Source of the DNA: Octopus sinensis | Lineage: Eukaryota | NCBI RefSeq assembly: GCF_006345805.1 | Contig: NC_043019.1 | Span: 13,825,360-13,889,359, forward strand | DNA: 64,000 nucleotides | Direction of reading: 5' to 3' | Part shown: in pieces, positions 27,361 through 40,048 of the stretch | Layout: every line of letters starts with the position of its first letter | How positions within the stretch are numbered: the stretch's first letter is position 1 | Translations under genes and position numbers: made by a program | Notes under the pieces: generated by a model | What the model was told of the DNA's origin: nothing | What the model saw: only the letters and a program-made list of their open reading frames with translations | Database searches by the model: none

Positions 27361-27767
27361 GGATCTTTTCGGTTTGAACGGCAGTTTTTTCTAGCGGTGT
27401 CATATGAAATTGTCACCCATAATTATGACTCTAGTATCGATCGTTTTAGGGTTGGGTTAGTGGTGGGGGAAGGGAAAGGGCTCTTTTTTCTTCAGAAATG
27501 TAAATAACCCAATCTGTTTCTTAAACGAGGGACATATTCATACGGCACAGAATGTTTTCACCTCAACAGACGTAATTGATTGGTTGAAATTGCAAAAAGA
27601 AATGAAGAAAAAAAAAAACAACAAATATCTTACAACTATAGAATTTTCTCAATAAAGCCAAGAGAAAAAGTTGTTTTATAAACACATTCTACCAGTATAC
27701 GAAGTTTAAAAGTGTTTAGTTAGGTGGAAATTATTTTAAAAAACTGCCGTTCAAACCGAAAAGATCC
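27361..27767. mobile_element. MITE with 30-bp perfect TIRs
   Basis: ggatcttttcggtttgaacggcagtttttt ... aaaaaactgccgttcaaaccgaaaagatcc. Flanking direct repeat ccaagaaaacaaa at 27348-27360 and 27769-27781. Confidence 0.88.
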
Positions 27768-27911
27768 CCCAAGAAAACAAATTCAACTCCGGAGTTTTTT
27801 TTGGTATGAATTTTCTAATAAGAAATTATTCGCGATGGCTTCCTAAAAGGATCGAAAGTGCTTAATAAATGATTTTATTTTATCCAAATCTCGACTACCC
27901 TCTGCTTCTTA

Positions 27912-28134
27912 ACACACACACACACACGCACACACACACACACACACGCACACACACGAACACACACACACACACGCACAGACACACACACACACGCACG
28001 CACACACACGAATACACACACACACACGCACACGAACACACACACACGCGCACACACACACACACGAACACACACACACACACACGCACACACGCACACA
28101 CACCGAACACACACACACACACACACACGAACAC

Positions 28135-28170
<36 letters not shown>

Positions 28171-28365
28171 TACACACATATACACACACACGCCTGCGCC
28201 CGCGCACACAAAGTTCACACGGAACTAAAAAAACTTTAGACTATTTGGCCATTGTAATGTCGTCGTCCGTTAAAAGTACGTTGGTTGCAGGCAACAAGTG
28301 ATTTTTGTGTAACGACATGGTTCCGGCTATTAAAGGAAGGAGCAGAGAGATGCAGAGAGAGATGC

Positions 28366-28406
<41 letters not shown>

Positions 28407-28722
28407 AAGAGGGAGAGGCAGGAGGAAGATCGTGAGCGAGAAATAGAGAAAAAGAAACGGGAAAATAGAATGGATCGAAAGATAGAGTGGAAGGCGGAGA
28501 GAGAGAAAGAAGGGGAGGGTGACGAGATTGTGAGAGGGAAATGGAGGGATGGAGAGAGGTAGAGAAATAGTAAGAGATAGGTAGGTAAATAGATAGATAG
28601 ATAAATAGATAGATAGAGAGAGAGTGAGAGAGGGAGCGAAGGCGAGATGGTGGTAGAGGGAGTGTAAGATGGAAATGGAAAGTTGCTGACAGACAGAGAA
28701 ATAGAAACGGACAGGGAGAGAA

Positions 28723-28763
<41 letters not shown>

Positions 28764-29560
28764 TGAATAGAGAGGTAGATAGATATAGAGGTAAATGGAG
28801 AGGGAGAAATGAAGAATGAAGGATTGGGAGAGAGATTGTGTGTGAGAGATGAGAGAGAGAGAGAGAGAGAGAGAGGGGGAGATATAGAAAGGAACAGGGA
28901 GAAAGAAAAAGAGAAGAGAATATCGAATGCTAGTGACGGATATAAGTAAAATATACGAAGGGGGAGAGAGAGAGAGAAAGAGAGGAAGGGAGATAGAGAG
29001 AGAGAAAGAGAGGAAGCGAGATAGAGAGAGGGAAAGAAGGGGAGTTGGTGTGAGAGAATGTTGCAGAATAAAAAAGAAAAAAAAAAATGTATTAGAGCGC
29101 GCGCGTGTGCGTGTGTGTGTGTGCGTGCGCGTGCACCGAAAGCCGTCCCCGGTACAGTTTTTTGGCTGGAGAAAATGTTGACAGCTGTTTACAGAAGACA
29201 ATCCAATCTCGCATTAAGACTTCAGAACATTCCAGAAACGTTTTCTCCCGGATTACTGCCACTACTACTACTACTATACTACTATACTACTATACTACTT
29301 ACTACTACTATTATTATTATATTATATTATATTATTATTATTATTATTATTATTGTATTATTATTATATTATTATATTGTTATTATTATTATTATTGTTA
29401 TTATTATTATTATTTTATTATTACTATTATTATTATTATGTTATTATTATTATTATTATTATTGTTTGTGTTTATTATTATTATTATTATTGTTATTACT
29501 ATTATTATACTATTATTATTATTATTGTTATACTACTACTATATACTACTACTATTACTA

Positions 29561-29607
<47 letters not shown>

Positions 29608-29900
29608 TGTTATTATTATTATTATTATGTTATTACTATTATTATTATTATTATTGTTATTATTATTATTATTAGTATTACTATTATTATTATTATTGTT
29701 ATTATTTTATTATTGTTGTTGTTGTTGTTGTTATTATTATTATTATTATCACTTTTTTTCCCTTTTCTATTATTGTTGTTGTGGGTGGATAGGGAACTGG
29801 AAAGAGAGAGTTAGAGAGAAATGAAAGACGTATGTGGGGGTGAAACAAAAAAAAGAGAGACGAGACGATGATGATGATGATGATGATGATGATGATAGTG
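27912..29900. repeat. (CA)n, GA-rich and (ATT)n low-complexity field
   Basis: (CA)n 27912-28200, purine tract 28340-29040, (ATT/ACT)n 29260-29750. Confidence 0.9.
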
Positions 29901-30103
29901 GAGGTGGGGGGGGTGGGGGTGGTACTAGGGGCGTAGGTGGAGGAGGAGGAGGAAGTTAGCAACCCATCGTGAAGCATAGCAACAGGGACAGACACGGCAT
30001 CTTTTCCTAACGTATTCAGGTTGTTGCAATTCCGGTTTGTTGTTTACTCAGAGTAGCAACAGAATAGCAACAGTGGGAGTACGGTGACGATGATGACGAT
30101 GAC

Positions 30104-30136
<33 letters not shown>

Positions 30137-30279
30137 AATGATAGCCATGCGGCAAAATTTGAAACCAATTACGTTGAACAAGTAATTAAAAATGTAAATG
30201 AAGAAATATAAGCCGGTATTTCTAAAAAAATCACATTTAGTTGAAAAGATAGGCTTTAAATAAAATTAAATCAATAAAA

Positions 30280-30585
30280 GTGGAGGCGCATGGCCTAGTG
30301 GTTAGAGCAGCGGACTCGCGGTCGAGGGATCGCGGGTTCAAATCTCAGAGACCGGGCGATGTGTGTGTTTATGAGCGAAACACCCAAGCTCCACGCGCCT
30401 CCGGCGGAAGGTAATCGCGAACTTCTGCTGACTCTTTCGCCACAGCTTGTTTTCTCACTCTTTCCTCCTGCATCTTGCAGCTCACCTGCGACGGACCGAC
30501 GTCCGTCCAGGTGGGGAACCTATACGCCAAGGAAACCGGGAAACCGGCCCTAATGAGCTAAGAATGGCTCGAGAAGGAACAAACA
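30280..30585 (+). mobile_element. SINE group C variant (C body, central domain, E tail)
   Basis: Shared head; TSD aaatcaa(t/c)aaaa (12 bp, 1 mismatch). Confidence 0.82.
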
Positions 30586-30610
30586 AAATCAACAAAAATA
30601 TAATTCTAGT

Positions 30611-30992
30611 TGGAAGCACTCCGTCGGTTACGACGATGAGGGTTCCGGTTGATCCGACCAACGGAACAGCCTGCTCGTGAAATTAACGTGTAAGTGGCTG
30701 AGCACTCCACAGACACGTGTACCTTTAACGTAGTTCTCGGGGATATCGGCGTGACACAGAGAGTGACAAGGCCGGCCCTTTGAAATACAGGTACAACAGA
30801 AACAGGAAGTAAGAGTGAGAGAAAGTTGTGGTGAAAGAGTACAGCAGGGATCACCACCATCCCTGCCGGAGCCTCGTGGAGCTTTAGGTGTTTTCGCTCA
30901 ATAAACACTCACAACGCCCAGTCTGGGAATCGAAACCGCGATCCTACGACCGCGAGTCCGCTGCCCTAACCACTGGGCCATTGCGCCTCCAC
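30611..30992 (-). mobile_element. SINE group C, full length
   Basis: Reverse complement of the 7590 type; TSD aatt(c)tagt/aattccagt (9 bp, 1 mismatch). Confidence 0.87.
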
Positions 30993-31049
30993 AATTCCAG
31001 TATTATGGTTTCGTCTCAAACGTTGTACTACTCTAAAATGGCGAAACAT

Positions 31050-32630
31050 AACTCTTAGAGCCTTTCAAGCGTGATACATCTTTCAGATTGTTGTGCGTAG
31101 TCTTTGAAACGGTGTACGTCTTTCAGGAGTCCGCACAGATTTTCTCACCCTCCCCCCACCGAAAAAAAAACAAAAAAAAAAACAAGAAAAAACGTACTTT
31201 TTTTCAGAAGTCCGCTCAGTTCATTTAAAGCATTGAACATCTCTGAGAAAGTCACATAGCATTTTAGACGTATTTTCCTTTGGATAACATCAGTGGCTTG
31301 GAGAGAGGAGAGGTTGGTATGCATGGACAACTGCTGATCTTTCATCAACAACCTTGCCCGGACTTGTGCCCCTAGAGGGGAACATTCTAGGTGCAATCCC
31401 ATGGTCATTCATGGGACTTTACCTTTTTACCTCTTTCAGGAGGCCACACATCTTTCGAAACCTTGTACTTCTTTCAAAAGGCCACACAGATCCTTTCACA
31501 TATTGTACACTTACCAGATTGTTGCACATAGCTTTTGAAATGTTGTACTTCGTTCAGAAGGCTGCACAGGTCATTTAAAAAAACGTACTTTTTTTCGGAA
31601 GTCCGCATAGAGCCTTTGAAATATTGTACTTCTTTCAGAAAACCGTACATAGCTTTCTAGACTGTGCTTCTTTCACAAGGCGGCTGCACATGGGCTTTCA
31701 AACTTTGTAGTTCTTTCAGGAGGCCACATTCATCATTTTAAACACTGTACTTTCAGAAGCTCACACATTATTTCAAACTTTGTACTTCTTTCAGAAGGCC
31801 ACACATCGTTTCAAAACTCGTACTTTTTTCAGAGGGCCACACACATCGTTTCAAACGTTGTACTTTTTTCAAAAGACCACATGCATCGTTTCAGGCCTTG
31901 TACTTCTTCCAGAAGGCCACAGATGGTTTCAGACCTTGTACTTCTTTCATAGGGCCATACGCATTTCAAACCGAAGGCAACACTAATCGTTTCAAACCTT
32001 GTACTTTTTTCAGAAGACCATACAAATCGTTTCAAACTCTGTACTTCTTTCAGAAGACTACACATCATTTTTCAAAAGACCACATGCATCGTTTCAGACC
32101 TTGTACTTCTTTCAGGGGGCCATACACATTTCAAACCATGTACTCTTTTCAGAAGACCACACAAATCGTTTCAAACCTTGTCCTTTTTTCAGAAGGTCAC
32201 ACATCGTTTCAAACCTTGTACTTTTCTCAGAAGACCATACAAATCGTTTCAAACTCTGTACTTCTTTCAGAAGACTACACATCATTTCAAACGATGTACT
32301 TTTTTTCAAAAGACCACATGCATCGTTTCAGACCTTGTACTTCTTTCAGAGGGCCATACACATTTCAAACCTTGTCCTTTTTTTCAGAAGACCACACAAA
32401 TCGTTTCAAACCTTGTCCTTTTTTCAGAAGTTCACACATCGTTTCAAACCCTGTACTTTGCTCAGAGGGCCACACAAATCGCCTCAAACCTTGTACTTTT
32501 TTAAGACGGCCACACATCGTTTCAAACCCTGTACTTTGCTCAGAGGGCCACACACATCGTTTCGAACGTTGCACTTCTTTCGGAACGATGCACACAACCT
32601 TTCAGAACGCTGCTGTATTTCTGAAAACCA
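31050..32630. repeat. Degenerate ~39-bp minisatellite with ~217-bp higher-order repeat
   Basis: Unit ~catcgtttcaaaccttgtacttctttcagaaggccacaca. Block at 32023 recurs at 32240. Interrupted by a SINE tail fragment at ~31270-31415. Confidence 0.88.
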
Positions 32631-33199
32631 CAGACTCTCCCACTTTTGGCCTGGTCTATTTTCAAACGTTATTTATGGTTAGAATAAATAAATAAAGTCA
32701 CTTGGCTCTTTGGTATGTTATTCCAATTATCCTGTTACCCCCCCCCTCTTGGAAAGAAATACAACTTAACCCTCTTGAACATGTTGCAAAACAAGTTAGA
32801 ACAAGTTATATTAATGATCCGTCAAAGAACTCGTCAACGAATAATAACAACACGAACAAATTTTCGAAGAAATTATTATGACGCTTTTGCTGAAGAAGAA
32901 CTCTTTAACATTTTCAGGGTATGGGTAGACACATGATGACACATCACCTCTGTTATTGTATTTTATGTCTGTCTGTCTGTCTCCTCCTCCTCCCCCTCCA
33001 CTCCACTCCTCCTCCCCCCTCTTACTCCTCCCGTAAGCCACAGGAATCAACGTTTCGAAATCTTTGATGCTTCTTGATGGTTCACTTTTATTCTTCATTT
33101 CGGTTTTATGTTTCTATTCTTGGAACCGTCTTCTCTTCATGGCATCCATATTTGATTGTGTTTTTTTTGTTTTCCATTTTTCTTTAAAAGAAAATTGTC

Positions 33200-33680
33200 A
33201 TCATCTTCTCCTCCACTTTGTTGTTGTTGTTGTTATTGTTGTTTTTTTCTCTTCTTTCCCCGCCACATTTTCTTCATCATCATCATCACCATCATCATCT
33301 TTTTCTTCTTCTTCTCTTCTTCTTCTTCTTTTACTACCACCACCATCACCACCACCACCACCACCACCACCAACACTACCACGACCGCTGCCCACACCCC
33401 TCCACTTTCTTCTCTTTCTTCTTTTATCACTACCACCCCTCCTCCCCTCCTCCTCCTCCTTCTTCTTCTTCCTCCTCCTCCTCCTCCTCCTCCTCCTCCT
33501 CACTCAGCCCGTGATTTCCATTCGGTTTCCACTCACCTCCACCTGATTCCCTTGACATCTTCAGCGAAAGTGTTGACTAAACTGCAAAATAGATTTGGGA
33601 GGTCGGGCATAAGTTCCACCACCACCACCACCACCACCACCACCATCTCCGTTACCACCTTTACCATCGCCGCCGCCACA
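33200..33680. repeat. Mixed trinucleotide repeats (GTT, CAT, CTT, CAC, CCT)
   Basis: Direct reading of the sequence. Confidence 0.9.
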
Positions 33681-33981
33681 ACAGCACTCTTTGTAACGGT
33701 GGGCAGGGGTAGGGGAAAGAGGTTGAACCATGTCGTCTGCTACTTTGTTCATCTTCCTTTGATTCAATCTTGTTGCCGTGTAAAGCTGCTAATTTGTCCC
33801 AAACACATGGCAACGTCCTACAGGATCTGAGATCACAGCTGAAGACCACGTTTCAAAATAACTAATCCCATTGGCTACATATATAGACCCTACTTATACC
33901 TGACTGCTCTACGGGCTCTCTTCTGGTCTCTCTATCATACACCCCCGCATACACATACATACATACATACATATATATATA

Positions 33982-34380
33982 CAGGAGTAGCTGTGTGGTA
34001 AGTAGCTTGCTAACCAACCACATGTTTCCGGGTTCAGTTCTACTGCGTGGCATCTTGGGCAAGTGTCTTCTGCTATAGCCCCGGGCCGACCAATGCCTTG
34101 TGAGTGGATTTGGTAGACGGAAACTGAAAGAAGCCTGTCGTATATATGTATATATGTGTGTGTGTGTGTGTGTGTTTGTGTTTGTCACCCTAGCATTGCT
34201 TGACAACCGATGCTGGTGTGTTTACGTCCCCGTCATTTAGCGGTTCGGCAAAAGAGACCGATAGAATAAGTACTGGGCTTACAAAGAATAAGTCCCGGGG
34301 TCGATTTGCTCGACTAAAGGCAGTGCTCCAGCATGGCCGCAGTCAAATGACTGAAACAAGTAAAAAGAGAAAAAAGAAAA
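33982..34380 (+). mobile_element. SINE-A, full length
   Basis: Consensus head, microsatellite and tail. Other plus-strand copies at ~42958-43325, 43937-44200, 48193-48590. Confidence 0.85.
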
Positions 34381-34382
34381 GA

Positions 34383-34453
<71 letters not shown>

Positions 34454-35051
34454 AGTTGTATACTGTCAACTTAACGTGACAGTCCCATAAAGGGAATCAC
34501 ACCACCGCTATTTAACCCTAGGAAGCATCAACGCTTCCTGTCGACCTTGACACACTTCCCGTGTCCTTATGTTTACATATATATGTGTGTTTATGTATTT
34601 GTGCGTCTGTGTTTGTCCTCTCACCATCGTTTGACAACCGGTGTTGGTGTGTTTACGTCCCTATAATCTAGCGGTTCGGCACAGAGACCGATAGAATAAG
34701 TACTAGGCTTACAAAGAATAAGTCCAGAGGCCGATTTCTTCGACTAAAAGGGTAAAACCCTTGAAGGCGGAGCTCCAGCATGTCCGCATTGAAATGACTG
34801 AAACAAGTAGAAGAATAAAATATGTGTGAGTATGTGTGTGTGTGAGTAGTAATTTCGAAGTGGGGAGTAAGTCGATTACCTCCCCCACCCCAGTGCTCAA
34901 GTTGTACTCATTTTATCGATTCCTAAATGCAAAGTCGACCCTGACATCCTTTAGGCTCAGAATGTAAAGACGGACAAAATGCCGCCAAGCATTTTTACTC
35001 GGCGCGATAACGATTCTGCCAGCTCTGCGCCTTTAATACATAAAAAAATAA

Positions 35052-35303
35052 TAAATGCATCCTTTTAAAGCCTATCCAGGCTCATGGACCTGGTTCCCCG
35101 GTTTCTATGGCGTATGTGTTCCCCAGACTGGACGGGACGCCAGTCCATCGCAGCGTTACTCACTTTTGCCTGCTGAGTAGACTGGAGCGACGTGAAATGA
35201 AGTGTTTTGCTCAAGAACACAACGCGTTGCCCGGTTCAGGAATCGAAACCACAATCTTACGATCATGGTGCTGACACCGTAACCACTAAGCCACACGCCT
35301 CAC
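35052..35303 (-). mobile_element. SINE group C variant (E body, central domain, E tail)
   Basis: Minus strand: head, cacttcatttcacgtcgctccagtc, ctgcgatggactggcgtcccgtccag, gaaaccgggaacc tail. Related copies at 18385-18495, 56390-56522, 63874-64000. Confidence 0.82.
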
Positions 35304-36099
35304 TGCCTTTGATACACAATTAAATCAAACATAATAATATCAAACTTAAAAAATTGAGAAATCATTAGCTTGCTGGGACCATGGGGCGAACTGACAATCC
35401 CTTTTAGAAATTATTTGTTAGTTTCTTTTGATATATAACATCACTGTCGTGTTATACTTGTAAAAGAAAAGAAAATATATAATGATTTATTTGCGAGTGA
35501 ATTCTTTTCAGCCTTGAAAACGGTGAGCTTGGCTCAAGTATGGGCTAGTTTGCCGTAACTGTCACTTAGGGCGTGGAAAACTCTTAGTTGTTACGAGTGT
35601 TTGTTATGTATACACATGAGTGAGGAATATATTTGAGTTTATGGAAGTCGTCTCAAGTATAGGGGAGAGAGAGGGAGAGGAAGGGAGACCGAAAGACAGA
35701 GAGAGAGACCGAAAGAGAGTGATCGAAAGAGAGAGAGAGAGAGAGAAGTCTTTTGTTTTGTTAGAAGGATTGATCTGTTAGTAAATACATTGACACTTCG
35801 TTTATTTATTCATTGAACGTTTTCTTTCCTCTTCTTTTTTTTTTTTTTTTGTTATATTTAGGTTTATTGCAGCAAGAATGAAGGACTTCTTTCTTCTGCT
35901 ATGCCATGTGAGTTAACAAAAAAAAAAAACAGAAAGAAAAGAGAGAAAGAAAGAAAGAACGAACGAAAGAAAGAAAAAAAAGGAAGACGAAGGAAAGAAG
36001 TTGTTACATGATAGAAAACAAAAATAAAAAAAAATTCTATCATAACAACAACAATAATAAAAAAAAGGTGAAATCAAAAACAAACTGGAGTAAAACGCG

Positions 36100-36113
36100 C
36101 AGCTGCTTATAAA
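36100..36113 (+). promoter_or_regulatory. Candidate E-box plus TATA upstream of the SDR start codon
   Basis: CAGCTG at 36100 and TATAAA at 36108, ~175 bp upstream of ATG 36285. Motif match only, in AT-rich DNA. Confidence 0.2.
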
Positions 36114-36284
36114 TAAAAAAACAGTTAATGATGAGCGTTAAATAAGTATTCTTAACGTCGTAAAAAACGCCATTACACAAGTTTGAACAGGCAATTTTTT
36201 TTTTTTTTTATATAATAAAAAAAAAAAAATTCAAAAACAAACAACATCTTCGCTGTGGCTGCACATCTAAATCTGTTAGCTGCA

Positions 36285-36588
36285 ATGGTTGCTGCTGCAA
36301 ACTCCGAGAACCAGATGCCCCAAATGGCAAACAACATCCACCCCGAAGCTGCTAACTGTACAGAGAACAACGTTTCTACAACAGCGAACCAGGTGAATTC
36401 GGAAGATGGCGATAACAACGGCAATAGAAATGCAAATTTTTGGTCTTACATGGCATTGGGATGGGACTGCGTAAGAACTATAATTGGACTTCTTTACCTA
36501 TTTCTGGAGACAGCCTTGAAACAGCTCTTGCCAGTGAAATACCAGTCTAAGAATATCAAAGGTTACAATGTATTAATCACCGGAGCTG
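36285..36588 (+). CDS. SDR16C5-like: SDR16C-family short-chain dehydrogenase/reductase (retinol dehydrogenase-like), coding exon 1
   Basis: ATG 36285 (gcaATGG) opens MVAAANSENQ...MALGWDCVRTIIGLLYLFLETALKQLLPVKYQSKNIKGYNVLITGA-G. Hydrophobic helix is followed by the Rossmann beta1 strand. GTATGT donor at 36589 (phase 1). Alternative in-frame ATG at 36450. Assignment is family-level; the exact orthologue is unresolved. Confidence 0.9.
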
Positions 36589-36660
36589 GTATGTACCGTT
36601 TCGCTTTTGATTGTTATTCATTATTATTATTATTATTATTATTGTTTCTTTTTCTCTTAA

Positions 36661-37262
36661 GTCGGCGAGCTGGCAGAATCGTTAGCACGCCGGGAGAAAT
36701 GCTTAACAGTATTTTGTCTGACGTTCTGAGTTTAAATTCCCCGAGGTCGATTTTGCCTTTCATCCTTTCGGGTTCGATAAATTAAGTAGCAGTTACGCAC
36801 TGGGGTCGATGTAATCGACTTAATACCTTTGTCTGTCCTTGCTTGTCCCCTCTATATTTAGCCCCTTGTGGGTAGTAAAGAAATAGGTATTTCGTCTGTC
36901 GCTACGTTCTGAGTTAAAATTCAGCCGAGGTCGACTTTGCCCTTCATCCTTTCGGGGTCGATAAATTAAGTACCAGTTACGCACTGAGGTCAATATAATC
37001 GACTTAATCCCTTTGTCTGTCCTTGTTTGTTCCTCTATGTTTAGCCCCTTGTGGGCAATAAAGAAATAAGAAACGTTAGCATGCTGGGCGAAATACCTAG
37101 CGGTATTTCGTCTGCCGTTACGTTCTGAGTTCAAATTCCGCCGAGGTCGACTTTACCTTTCCGGGTCGATAAATTAAGTACCACTTGAGCACTGGGGTCA
37201 ATGTAATCGACTATTCCCCTCCCCCAAATTTCAGGCCTTGTACCTATAACTGAAAGGATCAT
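36661..37262 (+). repeat. SINE-B concatemer (3 bodies) in SDR intron 1
   Basis: Head, three bodies, terminal tail cccctcccccaaatttcaggccttgt. Confidence 0.85.
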
Positions 37263-37661
37263 TACTTTGTTTTTCTCGTAAGGCAACGAGCTTTAACAAA
37301 GCCTGAAATTTTGCGGAAAGGAGTTTAGTCGATGGCATGGGCCCAAATACTTAACTGCTACCTAATTTTATCAGACCTCTGAGGAATGAAAGTCAAAGAT
37401 GATTTCTGTGGGGTTTGAACTCAAAATGTGATGGACTGCAACAATAAATACCGCAAAACATTCTCTCTGACGCTTTAACAATTTTGCCAATCTACCAGCG
37501 GAACGGGCAGTCGGTACCATTGACCCCAGAATTTTTCGGGTACATTACTTTATCAGTAAATTTTGATACTTTTCATTCTCACGATTTTCATTAAGAAAAA
37601 AAACAAAAAAGAACTTGGATTTTTTTTGCGGGGAATCAAGTCCCCTGACCTCCTAATGAGT

Positions 37662-37729
<68 letters not shown>

Positions 37730-38082
37730 TTTTGAAAAGTTATTCATGCTATTCCTGCCTGATGAGGAAGGAAAATGGAACGGATTTGGAGAGGAGGATG
37801 CAAAAAAGCAATGAAAAATTTTTTCGAAAATATTCTTTTAGAAGCATAGTTTCCGTTGTGAGAAGCAGGAATACGAGAAGGAGAGAGAGAGAGAGAAAGA
37901 GAGAGAGAGAAATCTTCCAATTCCGTGCCAATTTTCTTTCCCTGAAGAATGGCTATTCTGAAATTCCGTCCTATTGCCTCACTGATCATTTTCTTTTTCT
38001 CTCCTTATACTAACTTCCAGAATCGCAATTCGGTTTGTATGAAACACTTGGACACACACACACACACCATACACACACAGAG

Positions 38083-38128
<46 letters not shown>

Positions 38129-38357
38129 TATTCATCCTTAATCATAAGTCCGACAAAATATATTTTGTTTTGCTTATGACTCCTCGGGAACTCTAAATAA
38201 AAAAATATATACTTGCAGCCAGTTCTTTTCTTTTTAACTTACAAGATGTAATACTCTGCTGTGTCTCATTAATTTCTCCTCTTTCAACATTTTGCCCTGA
38301 AGAAGGATTATATCCGAAACGTTAAATTCTCCATTATGTAAACCTTTATATTTGCAG

Positions 38358-38542
38358 GAAGTGGCATTGGTCGTTGTTTAGCCACGAAATTTTCAGAGCT
38401 TGGTTGTACCTTGATTCTGTGGGATATCAACAAAGAGAATAATGAGGAAACGGCAGCCATGATACGTGCCAACGGCAAAACAGCCATTAGCTACGTATGT
38501 GACGTCAGTAGCAAGAATGATATCTACAGAGTCGCTGATAGG
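38358..38542 (+). CDS. SDR16C5-like: SDR16C-family dehydrogenase, coding exon 2
   Basis: tttgcag acceptor. Completes the TGAGSGIG (TGxxxGxG) motif, then RCLATKFSELGCTLILWDINKENNEETAAMIRANGKTAISYVCDVSSKNDIYRVADR. GTAAGT donor at 38543 (phase 0). Absent from the ORF track. Confidence 0.95.
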
Positions 38543-39291
38543 GTAAGTTGATTTACATTTCTTTTTTGTGGTTTTGCTTGTAATAGTATTAAAGCCCCTT
38601 TGATACCAATCCGCCTGAACCCTTATCTGGTCCTATGGTTCAAAATCCTCGTTTTGCGATGATTTAAATTAACACTTTCCATCAGAACTTCTTGTTAATT
38701 GAAATCAGAACGGACGAAATACCGCTGAGCATTTTACCCGGGGTGTTTAACGATTCTACCCGCTCACCGCCTCGACAATATAAGAAATATTGGTTTCACA
38801 TTTTCGCCCGTGACCTGCAATTGTGGGGGAGGGATAAGTCGATTATATCGACCCCAGTGTTTTATCAATTCCGGAAGGATGAACGGCAAAGTCAACCTCA
38901 GTCGCAGCTGAACCCGGAACGTAAAGACGGACGAAATCCGCTGAGCTTCTTGGTTGGCGTGCTAACGATTTTACCTGTTTGCTGCCTTGACATTGGGGAA
39001 AACATTACATCATATATTGGCTTAAATTCAGTTTGAGACTCTAGTTCAATAACAACAAGGTTATTTTTATATATTTCACCTGCAACCTTGCTTGTTATTC
39101 TTCGCTGGGGAAATATTTATAGAATTGATATGCTTCTGGCTGATCTCAAACTGGCAAATAAAGCGACACCATGAAAAATTTGCATCGCATAGATCTATGC
39201 TTGTGGTTTATCAGATGTGACCCTCGGAATATCGACAATGTTAAAATGCTGCCGTTCAGTAAGTAAATTCTATTCTAGTTTAGGGTTAGGG

Positions 39292-40048
39292 GGCCGGTCG
39301 ATTAGATTGACCCCAGTATGCAACTGGTACTTAATTTATCGACCCCGAAAGGATGAACGGCAAAGTCAACCTTGGTGGTATTTGATCTCAGAACGTAAAG
39401 ACAGACGAAATACCGCTATGCATTTCGCCCGGCGTGCTAACGTTTCTTATTTCTTTACTGCCCACAAGGGGCTAAACATAGAGGGGGAAAACAAGGACAG
39501 ACAAACGGATTTAAGTCGATTATATCGACCCCAGTGCGTAACTGGTACTTATTTAATCGACCCCGAAAGGATGAACGGCAAAGTTGACCTCGGCGGAATT
39601 TGAACTCAGAACGTAGCGGCAGATGAAATACCTATTTCTTTACTACCCAGAAGGGGCTTAACATAGAGAGGACAAACAAGGACAGACAAACGGATTAACT
39701 CGATTACATCGACCCCACTGTGTAACTGGTACTTATTTAATCGACCCCGAAAGGATGAAAGGCAAAGTCGACCTCGGTGGAATTTGAACTCAGAACGTAA
39801 AGACAGACGAAATACCTATTTCTTTATTACCCACAAGGGGCTAAACATAGAGGGGACAAACAAGGACAGACATACGTATTAAGTCGATCGCATCGACCCC
39901 AGTGCGGAACTGGTACTTAATTTATCGACCCCGAAAGGACGAAAGGAAAAGTCGACCTCGGCGGGATTTGAACTCAGAACATAAAGACAGACGAAATACC
40001 GCTATGCATTTCGCCCGGCGTGCCAACGTTTCTGCCAGCTCACCGCCT
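39292..40048 (-). repeat. SINE-B concatemer (4 units) in SDR intron 2
   Basis: gtcgat markers at ~39297, 39515, 39699, 39883; head at the right end. Confidence 0.87.

Noticed and set aside
31380-32630. CRISPR-like appearance of the ~39-bp repeat
   Set aside because: Units are contiguous and degenerate with no unique spacers; no cas genes; eukaryotic context.
36589-36785. Continuation of the 176-aa ORF past the donor
   Set aside because: Read-through into intron (ATT repeat and SINE-B); the real frame continues in exon 2.
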